Shown: positions 17,194 through 27,347, counted from the first letter of the stretch. The stretch: DNA of 64,000 bases from a virus (IMGVR_UViG_3300042274_000144:1-64000), one strand, 5' to 3'. Made by a program: numbers and translations. Notes: generated by a model from the sequence alone, not told the origin.

Positions 17194-18792
17194 ATGAAAA
17201 CAGACAAGTACGATCAGCGAATTATTGACATCGCAAAGCGTGCGAACGAGATGCGCTCTGCCCTGCTGGAGCCTGTTGTTGACCAGAACAACGGCGAGTT
17301 TATTGGCAACCGGGTGGAACAGGACGCACGCTTGAAGGACGCCGCGAAGGGGTCCGTCTACGAAAACATGGGTGAGGGAGCATCGACCGTGCTTGCAACT
17401 CACTCCAAGAGCTTGCAGCGTTACTGTACCGACAATGGCATGCCTTCAGATGAGCTTTTGGCTTCGGCCCACAAGTCTATCGAGAACGCCATGCTCATTA
17501 CCGAAAGTGAAAAACAGAACCGTCCGGGCGGCATTTTCGAGAGTGCCGAAATCAGCACTACCGAGGGTATCTTGATGCGTGACCGCATGGTTGCACTCAT
17601 CCTCCCGGTTATGCTGCAGTCTGTCACTTCCCGCATGGTGACGTTTATCCCCGGCGATTACAACCAATCTGAAATGTTCCGCGTTCGCCGTGTTGCCGGA
17701 AGTAACTTTGGCGACCTGAGCAAGGGCGATATCATTGATTACGACTACAATAGCCGTTACTCAGTGATGGATCAGCGTTGGCAGGCACCTTCGGGCGACG
17801 GCACCAAGACCGGCTCCACCGGTGAGTTCCAGCTTGACTCTGCAACCGTGTTTGGCACGGCTTACCCGTTCAAGCATAAGAGCGTCAAGATTCTGCATGA
17901 CCACGACATCGTAGCCGAGGACAACGGCAGCGGCTCTATCTTCGGTAGCTTCCTTGTGGGCGAGACCACTGTTAACGTTACCGGCACCGTGGACTATGCA
18001 ACCGGCACCGTAAGTCCCGTGTTCTCCGTTGCGCCCGCGAGCGGCATTGAGATCCACATCGGATTCGATGTTGACATTGAAAAAGACCCGGCACTTATCC
18101 CGCGTGTGGATCACACCATGGAAGCCGAAACTCTGTACCCGCATGAGAGTGCCATCAGCGCGAATACCACGCTCCAGGCTCTCTGGGGTCTGCGCCGCGA
18201 GTACAACCTGAACGCGGACAACATGGCAATGCAGGCAATGCGTAACCTCCTGTCTGCCGACAAGGACCGCAAGATTCTGCGTGACCTGTATTTCTTTGCC
18301 AAGGGCGAAACCGAGTGGAACATGACCGTTCCCTCCGGAACCTACTACCACGAGCACTACGAGACTGTTAAGGAAGAACTGCTCAACATCGACACCTACC
18401 TGATAGGTCAGAACGGATTTTCCGGACTGGTCGGATTGGTTGCCGACCCCAAGGCTAGCGCTATTTTCCGCAGCCTGAAGGCTCCTTTCTTCACTCCCGC
18501 GCCTGGTTATCGCAAGCTGGCACAGCCTCACTATGTGGGCCGTCTGTTCGGCATGTGGGACCTCTACGAAGACCCGGCTGCTGAAGAGTACACCGCGCTG
18601 TGCTTTGCTAAAGGCTCCAGCCATGGTGAAGCGGGTTACGTTGCGGGTGACGCTATTCCGGCGCTGAGCTTCAAGCATCCCACCATGACCGATCTTACCT
18701 ATCGCTCTACACTGTGGGACCTTGGCTACCGCGACCTTAACCCCTTCTATGGACGTAAGTGCTTCACTAAGCTCAAGATCACCACTGCATAA
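17194..18792 (+). CDS. Major capsid protein precursor (P1 gp23-like)
   Basis: 532 aa, strong RBS, about 116-aa propeptide ending at IFE/SA, followed by a stem-loop. Confidence 0.8.
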   Translation: MKTDKYDQRIIDIAKRANEMRSALLEPVVDQNNGEFIGNRVEQDARLKDAAKGSVYENMGEGASTVLATHSKSLQRYCTDNGMPSDELLASAHKSIENAMLITESEKQNRPGGIFESAEISTTEGILMRDRMVALILPVMLQSVTSRMVTFIPGDYNQSEMFRVRRVAGSNFGDLSKGDIIDYDYNSRYSVMDQRWQAPSGDGTKTGSTGEFQLDSATVFGTAYPFKHKSVKILHDHDIVAEDNGSGSIFGSFLVGETTVNVTGTVDYATGTVSPVFSVAPASGIEIHIGFDVDIEKDPALIPRVDHTMEAETLYPHESAISANTTLQALWGLRREYNLNADNMAMQAMRNLLSADKDRKILRDLYFFAKGETEWNMTVPSGTYYHEHYETVKEELLNIDTYLIGQNGFSGLVGLVADPKASAIFRSLKAPFFTPAPGYRKLAQPHYVGRLFGMWDLYEDPAAEEYTALCFAKGSSHGEAGYVAGDAIPALSFKHPTMTDLTYRSTLWDLGYRDLNPFYGRKCFTKLKITTA

Positions 18793-18819
18793 GCTTAGTT
18801 TCTGACGCATAAACTTTGC

Positions 18820-18854
18820 GGGGCAGGCCCACTGCATGACGGAGGGCTTGCCCC
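18820..18854 (+). terminator. Stem-loop after the capsid gene (mRNA stabiliser or attenuator)
   Basis: GGGGCAGGCCC...GGGCTTGCCCC 11-bp stem, no strong U tract. Confidence 0.55.
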
Positions 18855-18878
18855 GGTAAACCATAAAAGGAGCTACGC

Positions 18879-19328
18879 ATGAAAGTTACTGTAAAATTTG
18901 AAAACTATGGCGGTGGAAATCTGGTTGCGAAGCGACCGGATGGCACCCGCTTCACGGTTCCCGGGCATGCTTTCGGCAAGAACGCTACCCTGGTTGACTT
19001 TGCAAACAAGACCGAAGCGCAGGATAAAATTACTACCATCGAGCGCCGTCATCCCACCATTAAAGGTGTCATTGTTGACCCTGCAGACCAGGAAGAGCAA
19101 GAACCTTCCGGGGGTGACAGCGAGGGTGGCGAAGGCGATAGCGCTGATATGGTCGAGTTTGGAGACTTTGCTGAAGACGCAACGGTTGAAAAGCTTGGCG
19201 GTGGCTGGTGGTCTGTTGTCGTTGAGGGTTTCGAGAAGCCTTTCAAGGTTCGCGGCGCTGGAGATGTAGATGGTGCTATTCTGTTGGCATACGAAGAGTA
19301 TCAGACCGAGCAGGAGGGTAATGAATAA
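18879..19328 (+). CDS. Acidic structural protein (decoration?)
   Basis: 149 aa, AGGAG RBS, two small domains joined by an acidic linker. Confidence 0.6.
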   Translation: MKVTVKFENYGGGNLVAKRPDGTRFTVPGHAFGKNATLVDFANKTEAQDKITTIERRHPTIKGVIVDPADQEEQEPSGGDSEGGEGDSADMVEFGDFAEDATVEKLGGGWWSVVVEGFEKPFKVRGAGDVDGAILLAYEEYQTEQEGNE

Positions 19329-21061
19329 TGAAAAACGTGATTACCAATGCGGCGGAAATAACCGTTCTTGCGCCCATTGACAATACCTATAAGACCGGTG
19401 GCGGGCCAGTTTCCGTTGGCGGTACGGTAGTCATGGCACGGCAAGGGCCGGTTGGCGAAGTGGTGCAAGTCCGCGATGCCGACTGGATGGACTATTTCGG
19501 CAGACCGCTTCCCAAAAAAGCTACCGGCATGGAGGGTCTGCGGCACCTCGCAGACGCTACGCCATATTGCAACTACGTCAATGTAGTGCGAGTTGTGGCC
19601 GAAGATGCCAAGTTCCCCCACCTGACGTTTATTTTCGGCAATGATCAGGGCGCATGGACGGCTGAAACCGCGTATGTGGTCGGTGATATTGTAACCCTTA
19701 CCGATGGCACCACTAAACTGCGCGTGCTTGAGGATCATACCTCAGCGGCTACCGAGCCCGACCCTGACGCTCTTGGCACTGAATATGAGCTGTTCGAGGA
19801 TTCGTATTCTCAGGCCGGTTCTGAGGTGTACGGAACTGCAGTTGCCCTGGGCGATGCAGACTTGATGCTTGTGCGTCCTATTGACGGTGCGCCCGGCACA
19901 AACCGCAAACTGAAAATCGAGGATGTAGATACGGAGGCAAAGCGGTTCACCATGACGTTCACGGACGTGGATGATCTGGGGAACGAGTTCGAGCTGGAAT
20001 CTCTGACCGTTGGCGTCAATGTCGACGATAAGGATGACATGGGGCGTCCGGCATACATCGAAACCGCATTCGAACAGCAGTCTGACCGCTACCGTGTGGA
20101 CTTCAACGATGAGCTTACCTGGGACGGTATTGTTTCGACCCTGCAGGCTATCGAGGATTCCGAGGGCGCGGCTCAGGAGTTCGCATTCGAGGGTGGCACT
20201 AACGGCGGCGAGCCCACCACTGAAGATTGGATCGCAGCATGGGATATGCTGCGCAATGAAAGCATTACGGTCAATCTGATGTTTGCTGCTGGTAACTACG
20301 ATACGGATGTGCTGGCTAACTGCATTGAAATTGCAGACAACCGTCACTGTGCGTTCTTTATGGATGTGCCGACCTACATGCAGCACGACACGGCTATTAC
20401 GTGGTTGAAGGATGCTGGGCTTAAATCACGCCATGCGCGCGCGTACTATGCGCCCTTCGCTGCATCCGATCCGTGGCGTGGCGGCAGAACCACATGGGGA
20501 GTATCCGGCGAAGCTGCTGCGGCTAAGGCGCGCGGTAATGCAATCTTTACCGGCAGTGTTCCCGGTGTGCATTACACCCCCGCAGGCATTAAGCGTGGAT
20601 TCTTGCGGCGTACCGGCGTTAAGGCACTGTTCCCCGAGGACATCATTAACCGTGATGACCTCTACGATGCCCGCATCAACCCGGTCATTGCCTCCGACAC
20701 TGGCGGCGCGGTGATTGACGATGATCTTACCCTGCACTACGAGCAGAACTACTCTCGCTTTGGCTGGGTCAACGACATACTGGATTATATCGACCACCGC
20801 TTTGTGGAGGCTGCAAGCTACGCGAAGTTCGAGCCTGACGGACTCACCTACCAGATTCTTTTCGATCTCGCAAAAGAGATTCTGGATCAGCTGGTAACGT
20901 CCGGCGCGTTGGTTCCTCCGCGCAACCCTGAAGAGGATGGCACCGACCCGTACATCCTGACCATCAAGCAGCTTGAAATTGACCTCTGGCATGTAGAGTG
21001 GGCCGTTTGCCCCACCGGTGCGGCGCGCCGTATCGCAGGCCAGCCACGACTGATCAAATAA
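19328..21061 (+). CDS. Contractile tail sheath (P1 gp22-like) with inserted CBM5/12-like module
   Basis: GGTNG, VNLMFAAG, YTPAG..RG, LYDARINPV sheath motifs; insert WTAETAYVVGDIV...HTS. Confidence 0.9.
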   Translation: MKNVITNAAEITVLAPIDNTYKTGGGPVSVGGTVVMARQGPVGEVVQVRDADWMDYFGRPLPKKATGMEGLRHLADATPYCNYVNVVRVVAEDAKFPHLTFIFGNDQGAWTAETAYVVGDIVTLTDGTTKLRVLEDHTSAATEPDPDALGTEYELFEDSYSQAGSEVYGTAVALGDADLMLVRPIDGAPGTNRKLKIEDVDTEAKRFTMTFTDVDDLGNEFELESLTVGVNVDDKDDMGRPAYIETAFEQQSDRYRVDFNDELTWDGIVSTLQAIEDSEGAAQEFAFEGGTNGGEPTTEDWIAAWDMLRNESITVNLMFAAGNYDTDVLANCIEIADNRHCAFFMDVPTYMQHDTAITWLKDAGLKSRHARAYYAPFAASDPWRGGRTTWGVSGEAAAAKARGNAIFTGSVPGVHYTPAGIKRGFLRRTGVKALFPEDIINRDDLYDARINPVIASDTGGAVIDDDLTLHYEQNYSRFGWVNDILDYIDHRFVEAASYAKFEPDGLTYQILFDLAKEILDQLVTSGALVPPRNPEEDGTDPYILTIKQLEIDLWHVEWAVCPTGAARRIAGQPRLIK

Positions 21062-21075
21062 AGGAGTGATCCGTA

Positions 21076-21792
21076 ATGAGAAATACATTTAACTATTTCG
21101 ACCAAATGGGAGGGGAGGAGTTCGCCCCTCTCGCTGCCAAACCCGAGACTGAAAAGCCGGAAGGCGAAGAGGGCGGCATTTTTGAGGCTGCCGGAGACGG
21201 TGCCCCTGCAGAGGATGTGCAGGTTCGCTCCATGGGAATGACAGCCGTGCTGTCGTGGGTGGCTGATGGTGATTTCACCTATCAAGACTTGGATGAGTAT
21301 GTCATCGGCATGGCTGACCTTGACGGCGATGAAGAGATTGCCGATGAGGAAGAGGAAGTTTACAACGATATCTGGCAAGCCGTTGCAGATGCCATGCTCT
21401 CCCTGGGTGCAGATGATGACAACGTGGCCGAGTTCATTGACGATGAGGACGATGATGCCGGTGAAAAACTTGGTACGTTCCTTTCTGATGTGCTCGACAG
21501 CATCACTTCTGAGGATGAAGGGATTATCAATCTGTTTGCCATCGGCAAAGAGGGTGCGATCTTCGAGAGCGCCGAGCCTGAAGAGGGTAGCGTATTTGAA
21601 GCTGCCTACAAAAAAGTGCGCGTTGTGCGTAACGGAAAGGTGACGTTCAGGAGAAAGCGCGTATCCGGGAAGGTTCGGCTTTCTGCAGCGCAGAAGCGCG
21701 GACTTAAAAAGGCACGGCGCAAGGCAAACACATCGGCGGCTAAGCTGCGGCGCAGGAAGTCCATGCGCCGTCGCAAGAGCAGGGGCATGTAA
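21076..21792 (+). CDS. Prohead core/scaffold protein (T4 gp68-like tail, P1 gp21 position)
   Basis: Very acidic body, extremely basic end RLSAAQKRGLKKARRK...RRRKSMRRRKSRGM; three FE/[AS]A motifs. Confidence 0.7.
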   Translation: MRNTFNYFDQMGGEEFAPLAAKPETEKPEGEEGGIFEAAGDGAPAEDVQVRSMGMTAVLSWVADGDFTYQDLDEYVIGMADLDGDEEIADEEEEVYNDIWQAVADAMLSLGADDDNVAEFIDDEDDDAGEKLGTFLSDVLDSITSEDEGIINLFAIGKEGAIFESAEPEEGSVFEAAYKKVRVVRNGKVTFRRKRVSGKVRLSAAQKRGLKKARRKANTSAAKLRRRKSMRRRKSRGM

Positions 21793-21795
21793 ACG

Positions 21796-22386
21796 TTGAG
21801 CTATCTGTACGAATCGGGAGAAACGGTAGGGAATCAAGACTCTGCCGTTTCTCCTTACCTTAAAACCTGGATTTCAGACGGCAGCACGGTTGTCTGTGGC
21901 GTTACCGGAGAGGGAACGTCCAAAGACATACAAGCCAACTGGGATTCTCCGTTTGAGGGTGAAGATGTTGGCTCGAAGTTCGAGAAAACAGGTGGCGTTG
22001 CACAGGCATTGAGCAATCAAACATCGAAGTCAACATTTTCATCTATTCAGATATGGAACGGCAACCGTCCGACGCAGTTTAACGTGGTCTTGCAATTGTA
22101 TGCCCTGTCTAACCCGGAAGTTGAGGTCAAGCAGGCGCTTATCGCGCTGGAGCAGATGGTCTCTCCGCAGGTCAAGGATGTTTCCCCGGGGGGCCGCATC
22201 CCAAACCGCGTGGTTATCAATATAGGACGCAGAGCCATCTATCCGGAATGTGTCATTGAGAGTGTTTCCGTGCCTATGGACAAGGAAGTTGACAGTCAAG
22301 GCCGCTTAATCCGCGCTGAGGTGACGCTACAGGTAGCTACACTGAAGATGCTTAACCGATCTGATATTGCCGCACGTTACGGCTAA
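21796..22386 (+). CDS. Baseplate/tube-associated protein (PmgG position)
   Basis: SIQIWNGNRP...VIESVS..MD pattern; synteny; TTG start. Confidence 0.6.
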   Translation: MSYLYESGETVGNQDSAVSPYLKTWISDGSTVVCGVTGEGTSKDIQANWDSPFEGEDVGSKFEKTGGVAQALSNQTSKSTFSSIQIWNGNRPTQFNVVLQLYALSNPEVEVKQALIALEQMVSPQVKDVSPGGRIPNRVVINIGRRAIYPECVIESVSVPMDKEVDSQGRLIRAEVTLQVATLKMLNRSDIAARYG

Positions 22387-22398
22387 AGGAGTAAAAAC

Positions 22399-22926
22399 AT
22401 GCCAAATATTTCCAACGTACAGGGCAACGTGCCCCTGCTGAAAAAGAGCTACAAGAAGTGGCTCGCGCTGGGCGAGAAAGTTACCGGAAACGAGTTCAAG
22501 ATGATTATCGAGGATTATCCCGACCTTACCTATCTCATATCGTCCACGCAACTTCCGATGATGCAGCGCGAGATGGTGGAGGTTTACGGTCCTCACGGCG
22601 TGAAATTCATGCAGCAGGGCCGCTATGTGAACGCACAGGACGTGCCTATCACGTTTGAAGAGGTCATTACCGGCAAGACCCTTGAGGCTATTCGCGAATG
22701 GGTGAAGAACAAGAGGTATCTAAAGGTTACGCTGGGCCTTGTCTCGGAATCTCAAACCACATCCAACGAGTTTACCACGGTTGTAATGGAGGATTGCTGG
22801 ATCGAGCTTGAAGGGGTTGACCTTTCCAAGGAGGATGGAGCTGCCGCAATTAAGCCGAGCGGGACACTGCACGCCAACTGGATTGGGTGGCTCGATGATG
22901 AAACCGCAACCGTATCCATGGAGTAG
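22399..22926 (+). CDS. Tail tube protein (BplB position)
   Basis: 175 aa, strong AGGAG RBS, LPMMQRE.VEV.GP.G tube-like pattern. Confidence 0.6.
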   Translation: MPNISNVQGNVPLLKKSYKKWLALGEKVTGNEFKMIIEDYPDLTYLISSTQLPMMQREMVEVYGPHGVKFMQQGRYVNAQDVPITFEEVITGKTLEAIREWVKNKRYLKVTLGLVSESQTTSNEFTTVVMEDCWIELEGVDLSKEDGAAAIKPSGTLHANWIGWLDDETATVSME

Positions 22927-22932
22927 GCATAA

Positions 22933-23490
22933 ATGACCCCCTCTGAATTGCTCGAAGAGGCCAAGGCGCGGTTTATCGTGCTGTATCATAGTGACGAAAC
23001 CGACCTTGAGCGGTTGCTGCGCCTGGCACTCGGAAAATTCCAGGACAAGGCGGGGTCAGTGTCTACGGTGAAGCTTGACGAAGATGGCGGGGGCATTGCG
23101 CCCCTGCCTTCTGATTTTTTGAGCATTTCAATGGCCGTAGACAAGCGCTCTGTCTACCACGACTGCCATGTAGAACATGATGTTGACGGTGATCTTTTAG
23201 TGGTGGACGTGGATGATGAAACCGAATATCCTGTCACTGTCCGCTACTTTCAAAACCTGCGCGATTGGCCGCTTGGTGAAGAACTGCCTAATGGTATCAT
23301 AGGGCTGGTCCTGGATTACCTGGTTGCCCTTATCGACATTCCCAATACCGAGCGTGAACGCGGCGTGGCTATGAACACCGGCCAGCAGATGGAGCTACCC
23401 TCAAAACAGGAGCTGCAGGAGCGCGTAAACACCATCGAGTTGATAATGGAAGAATCACAGGCAATCGTAATGCCTGTTTCAGTGTGGTGA
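22933..23490 (+). CDS. Neck/head adaptor (PmgC position)
   Basis: 185 aa; synteny. Confidence 0.55.
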   Translation: MTPSELLEEAKARFIVLYHSDETDLERLLRLALGKFQDKAGSVSTVKLDEDGGGIAPLPSDFLSISMAVDKRSVYHDCHVEHDVDGDLLVVDVDDETEYPVTVRYFQNLRDWPLGEELPNGIIGLVLDYLVALIDIPNTERERGVAMNTGQQMELPSKQELQERVNTIELIMEESQAIVMPVSVW

Positions 23491-23491
23491 T

Positions 23492-23989
23492 ATGGCAGAA
23501 GACTTCAACAAGCGCAAACTGATTGCCCGTAAAATGGGTAAAACCGACTTTAAGCAGTCATGGCAGTTTCGCCTTGAGATTGAAGGGCAGCCGGAAGATT
23601 TCGATATCTACGTGAAGGACATTACCCACGGGCCTACTGAGATTGAAAACGATCCGACAAAGGCTGGTGGGCGCACCCTTACCTATCCGACCGGCGCGGC
23701 CCCGGTGAATTTATCCATGACAGTGCGCGACCATCAGGATGAGCGCATTGCTCAGTGGTTCGACGCGTGGACGGCAAAGGTTGTCAATGCAGATGGAACG
23801 CTGAACCTCCCTTACGGACAAGACGGCTACGTGAAAAAGGTTAAGCGGTTTCGGCAAGACAAAGACGATGCCGAAACCCTTACAAATACTTGGGAAATGT
23901 ACCCTGTACAGCGCGGCGATGTGACCGAATCCCGCGATGAGCCGGGCATGCTTGAGTTCCCGATAACATTCATTCAATTCCGATCATAA
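23492..23989 (+). CDS. Tube-fold protein / tube initiator (Tub position)
   Basis: WQFRLEIEG...VKDITHGP...SMTVRD...W tube fold. Confidence 0.6.
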   Translation: MAEDFNKRKLIARKMGKTDFKQSWQFRLEIEGQPEDFDIYVKDITHGPTEIENDPTKAGGRTLTYPTGAAPVNLSMTVRDHQDERIAQWFDAWTAKVVNADGTLNLPYGQDGYVKKVKRFRQDKDDAETLTNTWEMYPVQRGDVTESRDEPGMLEFPITFIQFRS

Positions 23990-23999
23990 CGAGGTACGA

Positions 24000-24788
24000 A
24001 TGGCTCAAATTCCAGACCTTAACCTGCCGAGCAACCCTGAAGTTATCGTGCGCCTGCGCGAGGCTACCGTTTCTGACGCAATTGACTTTGCGGATGTGGC
24101 CGAAGGCATGGAGGAGGCAGTCACAAGCCTTTTTCTTGACCGCCTGCAGGATAAAGCCACATGGACCGACCCCAAGAAGTGGACCGGCGAAGATCGGCGT
24201 ATGGCGCTGTACTGGTACTGGCTCCACACCTCTGACGATTTAAAGCCCGCACTCACCTACACGTGTGGCGTGTGCGGCGAAGAGCACACCGCAATATGCG
24301 AAATGGTGCGCCTGGCCGAAAAGTACACCCCGATACAGGGCAAGCCGGAGCGTGACATAGAGCACGGCGGCCAAAAAGCAATCGTGCGCCCCCTGAACGG
24401 TGAAGCCCTGGAAGAGATTGAGCTGTTGCGCATGGAGCTGGTGGAAGCCGCTCAAAAGCATGGCCCGGGAGCTGGCGCTACAAAGGTGCTGGAATCAAGA
24501 TTGAGATTGATGCGCTTCATGTTGTGCCTTGAGTTTGAGGGCGACAGCACCAGGGATGAGCGCGAAAAACGTGTGCTTTCCATGAGTCAGAGCGAGTTTG
24601 CTTCGTGGGCCATAAAGACCGAAAGCGCCCTGCAGGAAATGAAGCATGGGCTCGAAAGCATGGTTGAGGATGGGCGGCTGTATCTGCTCACATATCCCAT
24701 GCCGTGCCTCAAGGACCCTGAAGGAAAGGAGGTGGGTACGCGGTTGCGTATCCCCTTTCGGAATATCGACTACATTCCAAGAGTATAG
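24000..24788 (+). CDS. Tail assembly chaperone / hub assembly protein (PmgB, T4 gp26-like)
   Basis: VRLREATV, YTCGVCGEEH Zn site; immediately upstream of the tape measure gene. Confidence 0.65.
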   Translation: MAQIPDLNLPSNPEVIVRLREATVSDAIDFADVAEGMEEAVTSLFLDRLQDKATWTDPKKWTGEDRRMALYWYWLHTSDDLKPALTYTCGVCGEEHTAICEMVRLAEKYTPIQGKPERDIEHGGQKAIVRPLNGEALEEIELLRMELVEAAQKHGPGAGATKVLESRLRLMRFMLCLEFEGDSTRDEREKRVLSMSQSEFASWAIKTESALQEMKHGLESMVEDGRLYLLTYPMPCLKDPEGKEVGTRLRIPFRNIDYIPRV

Positions 24789-24942
24789 CGAAGGCGCTTG
24801 GAATACCATACTCGAAAACCTGTGCTTGTATGGTGGTCAGGATATGGGGTCAATTCTTGGCTGTGCAAAATCAAGAGTGTTGGCATTAAACAAAGCCCTG
24901 GTTCAGAAGTATAAAAAGAACAAGAAAAAGGTCAGATTATGA
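24757..24942 (+). CDS. Putative +1 frameshift extension of the chaperone (GT-like product)
   Basis: Open +1 frame after CCC TTT CGG, no plausible own start, ends overlapping the tape measure ATG. Confidence 0.5.
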   Translation, partial: FGISTTFQEYSEGAWNTILENLCLYGGQDMGSILGCAKSRVLALNKALVQKYKKNKKKVRL

Positions 24943-26975
24943 TCGTAGCGGACGCTAAATTTGCAGAACGGCAGAGCCAGGCAGTAACGGACCTTGCCTC
25001 TCAGCAAAGCGCTGTGGATGAGCGTACTGTGTTGCTGTCTGAGGTTCTGAGCGTCCTGTCCGACCAGACCGGCGATCTTTACGACCTGGTGGATGATGAT
25101 GTTGTACCCCTGCTTGAGCGCATAGTAAAAAACACTTCATCCGGCGTGACTGCAGTACCCCAACCCGCACAGACACGGCTAAAAACCGTAGAGCCGAATC
25201 GGTCAGATGTGCCGCGTCAGGCTGCAACACCCTCAACACCAGCAACTGACACCCGGCGCGTAGGCCAAAGCCGCCAGACCGCTACGGGCTCCCCGGAAAG
25301 AAAGCCAGCCGCCTCACCTGCCGCAACTCAGCAGGCAGGGTTCCCCGGGTCTGGCGCGATTACATCCATTTCAGGCATGGAACAGCCGGAATACTCCGCG
25401 AGGCAAGGCGAAGCTAAGCCTACTCCTGAAGCGCAGAGAAAAACACCCCCAGCACCAGCAACTGACACCCGGCGCGAAAGAACCGCACGAGCCGAATCCG
25501 GATCACAGCAGGCTGCTGCCGAAACAAGGCGCAAGCGCGAGGCCAAAGAAGAGCGCGAGACCATAAAGGACTCATTTAGGGCAGCCGTAGCCGGATGGAA
25601 CGGCAGCTTTCTGTCCGACGCATCAAAAGACAGCGATATGACCGACGCTGCGGGCACGGCTGCCGGTGGCGCGTTCTGGGCAAGTGCAAAAGAGCTTTCC
25701 GAGGTAGCCAGCAAGATTGGAGAATCGGCGCAGGAGGATGACGGCAGCCTTGCCGGGATGCTCAAGAAAGCGGTCAAGGACAAGACCGGCATTACCAGCG
25801 TACAGCAGAAAGCCGCGAGCCTTCGCGCAACAGCCACGGAGCGCATCAAGCAGCGCATAGGCGGTGGATCAGTACCGGCACAGCGCAACACCATGCCTGC
25901 GGGCTACCGTCGCGATAAAAACGGGCGTGTTCGCAATGAGCGCGGACACTTTGTTTCCGGCCCACAACGCACCATGCTCGACAATCCCGCAGAAAAGCAA
26001 ACCGAGGCACTGGATGAGGTCGCGGAGTTGCTGAAGCAATCCAAGAAGGATGAGGACAAGCGCCACGAAGAGCTTGTGAGCACTGTTGCTGCCGCAGGTG
26101 GTGACGCCGGCGGCTTGCTGGACTCGCTGGGCGGTTTCATGGGGCGCGGTGGCGGTTTAAGACTGCCAGGCAAGATGGGCGGCAAAATAGGCGGCATGAT
26201 GGGTAAAGCCGCAGGGAAGCTGGGGCGGTTCGGCAAAGTCGGCTCCCTCATTTCGGGTGGCGCGGCAAGCATGCTGCCCTCAATTTTTACAGGCGGCACC
26301 GCAGCAGCTTCCAGCGCAGCCGGAGGCGTTGCGGGCACGGCGGCAAAGACCGCAGGCGGCGTAAGCAAGTGGGCTGGCATGGGCGGCAAAGCTCTTGCCG
26401 GTGGTAGTAAGGCACTGCGCACCCTGGGGCCTGCTGCAGCGATACTTACCGCAGGCTTTGACGCCGTGGGAGGCTGGAACGACGAAGGCATGCAACAGGA
26501 GGCTTTCGGCCTCAAGGACGGACAGGAAGCAACCACTGGACAGAAGGCGGCAACTTCCATGGCAAACGTGCTTGACATGGGAGGTCTTGTGTCTGGCGGG
26601 CTGTCTATGCTGGGGATGGATGCAAGCACCTCGGGTCTTGCCAGGGGCATACACGATACCGTAAGCGGGATTGGCAGTTTTTTCGGCTTCGGTGGTGACG
26701 ATGGAAAGGTAAAGGATGCGGCGATATCGCCCGCCAGGTCAGAGAAGATAGAATCAGTGCGTGACATGGAAAAGAGCACCGTCACGGAGCAGGCTGCAGG
26801 ATCAGCGCAGGCCAAAGCGCAGACCGGACTGGAAAAAGAGGTGAAGCGCCTGGTTGACACCCTTGCCGGTGACAAGCAAAAGCAATCCCGCAACATTGAA
26901 CGGGCTGACACCCCTCCCATATCTACAGAATTTGATGACGCAACACTCACTCTCATGGCTTACGACAGGGTATAA
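24939..26975 (+). CDS. Tape measure protein (Sit position)
   Basis: 678 aa, Ala/Gly-rich amphipathic, between chaperone and gp25-like gene; internal 24-bp repeat at 25237-25260 and 25453-25476. Confidence 0.75.
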   Translation: MIVADAKFAERQSQAVTDLASQQSAVDERTVLLSEVLSVLSDQTGDLYDLVDDDVVPLLERIVKNTSSGVTAVPQPAQTRLKTVEPNRSDVPRQAATPSTPATDTRRVGQSRQTATGSPERKPAASPAATQQAGFPGSGAITSISGMEQPEYSARQGEAKPTPEAQRKTPPAPATDTRRERTARAESGSQQAAAETRRKREAKEERETIKDSFRAAVAGWNGSFLSDASKDSDMTDAAGTAAGGAFWASAKELSEVASKIGESAQEDDGSLAGMLKKAVKDKTGITSVQQKAASLRATATERIKQRIGGGSVPAQRNTMPAGYRRDKNGRVRNERGHFVSGPQRTMLDNPAEKQTEALDEVAELLKQSKKDEDKRHEELVSTVAAAGGDAGGLLDSLGGFMGRGGGLRLPGKMGGKIGGMMGKAAGKLGRFGKVGSLISGGAASMLPSIFTGGTAAASSAAGGVAGTAAKTAGGVSKWAGMGGKALAGGSKALRTLGPAAAILTAGFDAVGGWNDEGMQQEAFGLKDGQEATTGQKAATSMANVLDMGGLVSGGLSMLGMDASTSGLARGIHDTVSGIGSFFGFGGDDGKVKDAAISPARSEKIESVRDMEKSTVTEQAAGSAQAKAQTGLEKEVKRLVDTLAGDKQKQSRNIERADTPPISTEFDDATLTLMAYDRV

Positions 26976-26978
26976 GCA

Positions 26979-27335
26979 ATGGCCGTTGACGCAATTTCCG
27001 AAGCAAACCACCTCATGCAATCCTCGACTGACGCGGACGTGCAGCGCATGACAGACGGGGCCGCTCTGTCCGATAGAATCATGGAGTGGCTAAAGACCCC
27101 CCAGGGCACACTTGCAGATAAACCAAGCTGGGGGAACATCCTGCACTTGTTTAAATTTGAACCCCAAGGCCCCAACCTTGAGGTAGCAATAGAGCTTGCT
27201 ATCGTGCAGAAACTGGCAGAAGACATTGACGATCTTGTTTTTACGGGTATCTCTGTGGAATTTCTGGAAATAGACCTTTTTAAGGTTGTCATCCGGCACC
27301 AGTTTGGGGATACTATCGTGGAGAAAAAGCTGTAA
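26979..27335 (+). CDS. Baseplate wedge gp25-like protein (PmgA-like)
   Basis: 118 aa, WLKTPQG...PSWGN.L..F.FEP. Confidence 0.75.
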   Translation: MAVDAISEANHLMQSSTDADVQRMTDGAALSDRIMEWLKTPQGTLADKPSWGNILHLFKFEPQGPNLEVAIELAIVQKLAEDIDDLVFTGISVEFLEIDLFKVVIRHQFGDTIVEKKL

Positions 27336-27347
27336 CGGTGGGGGCTT

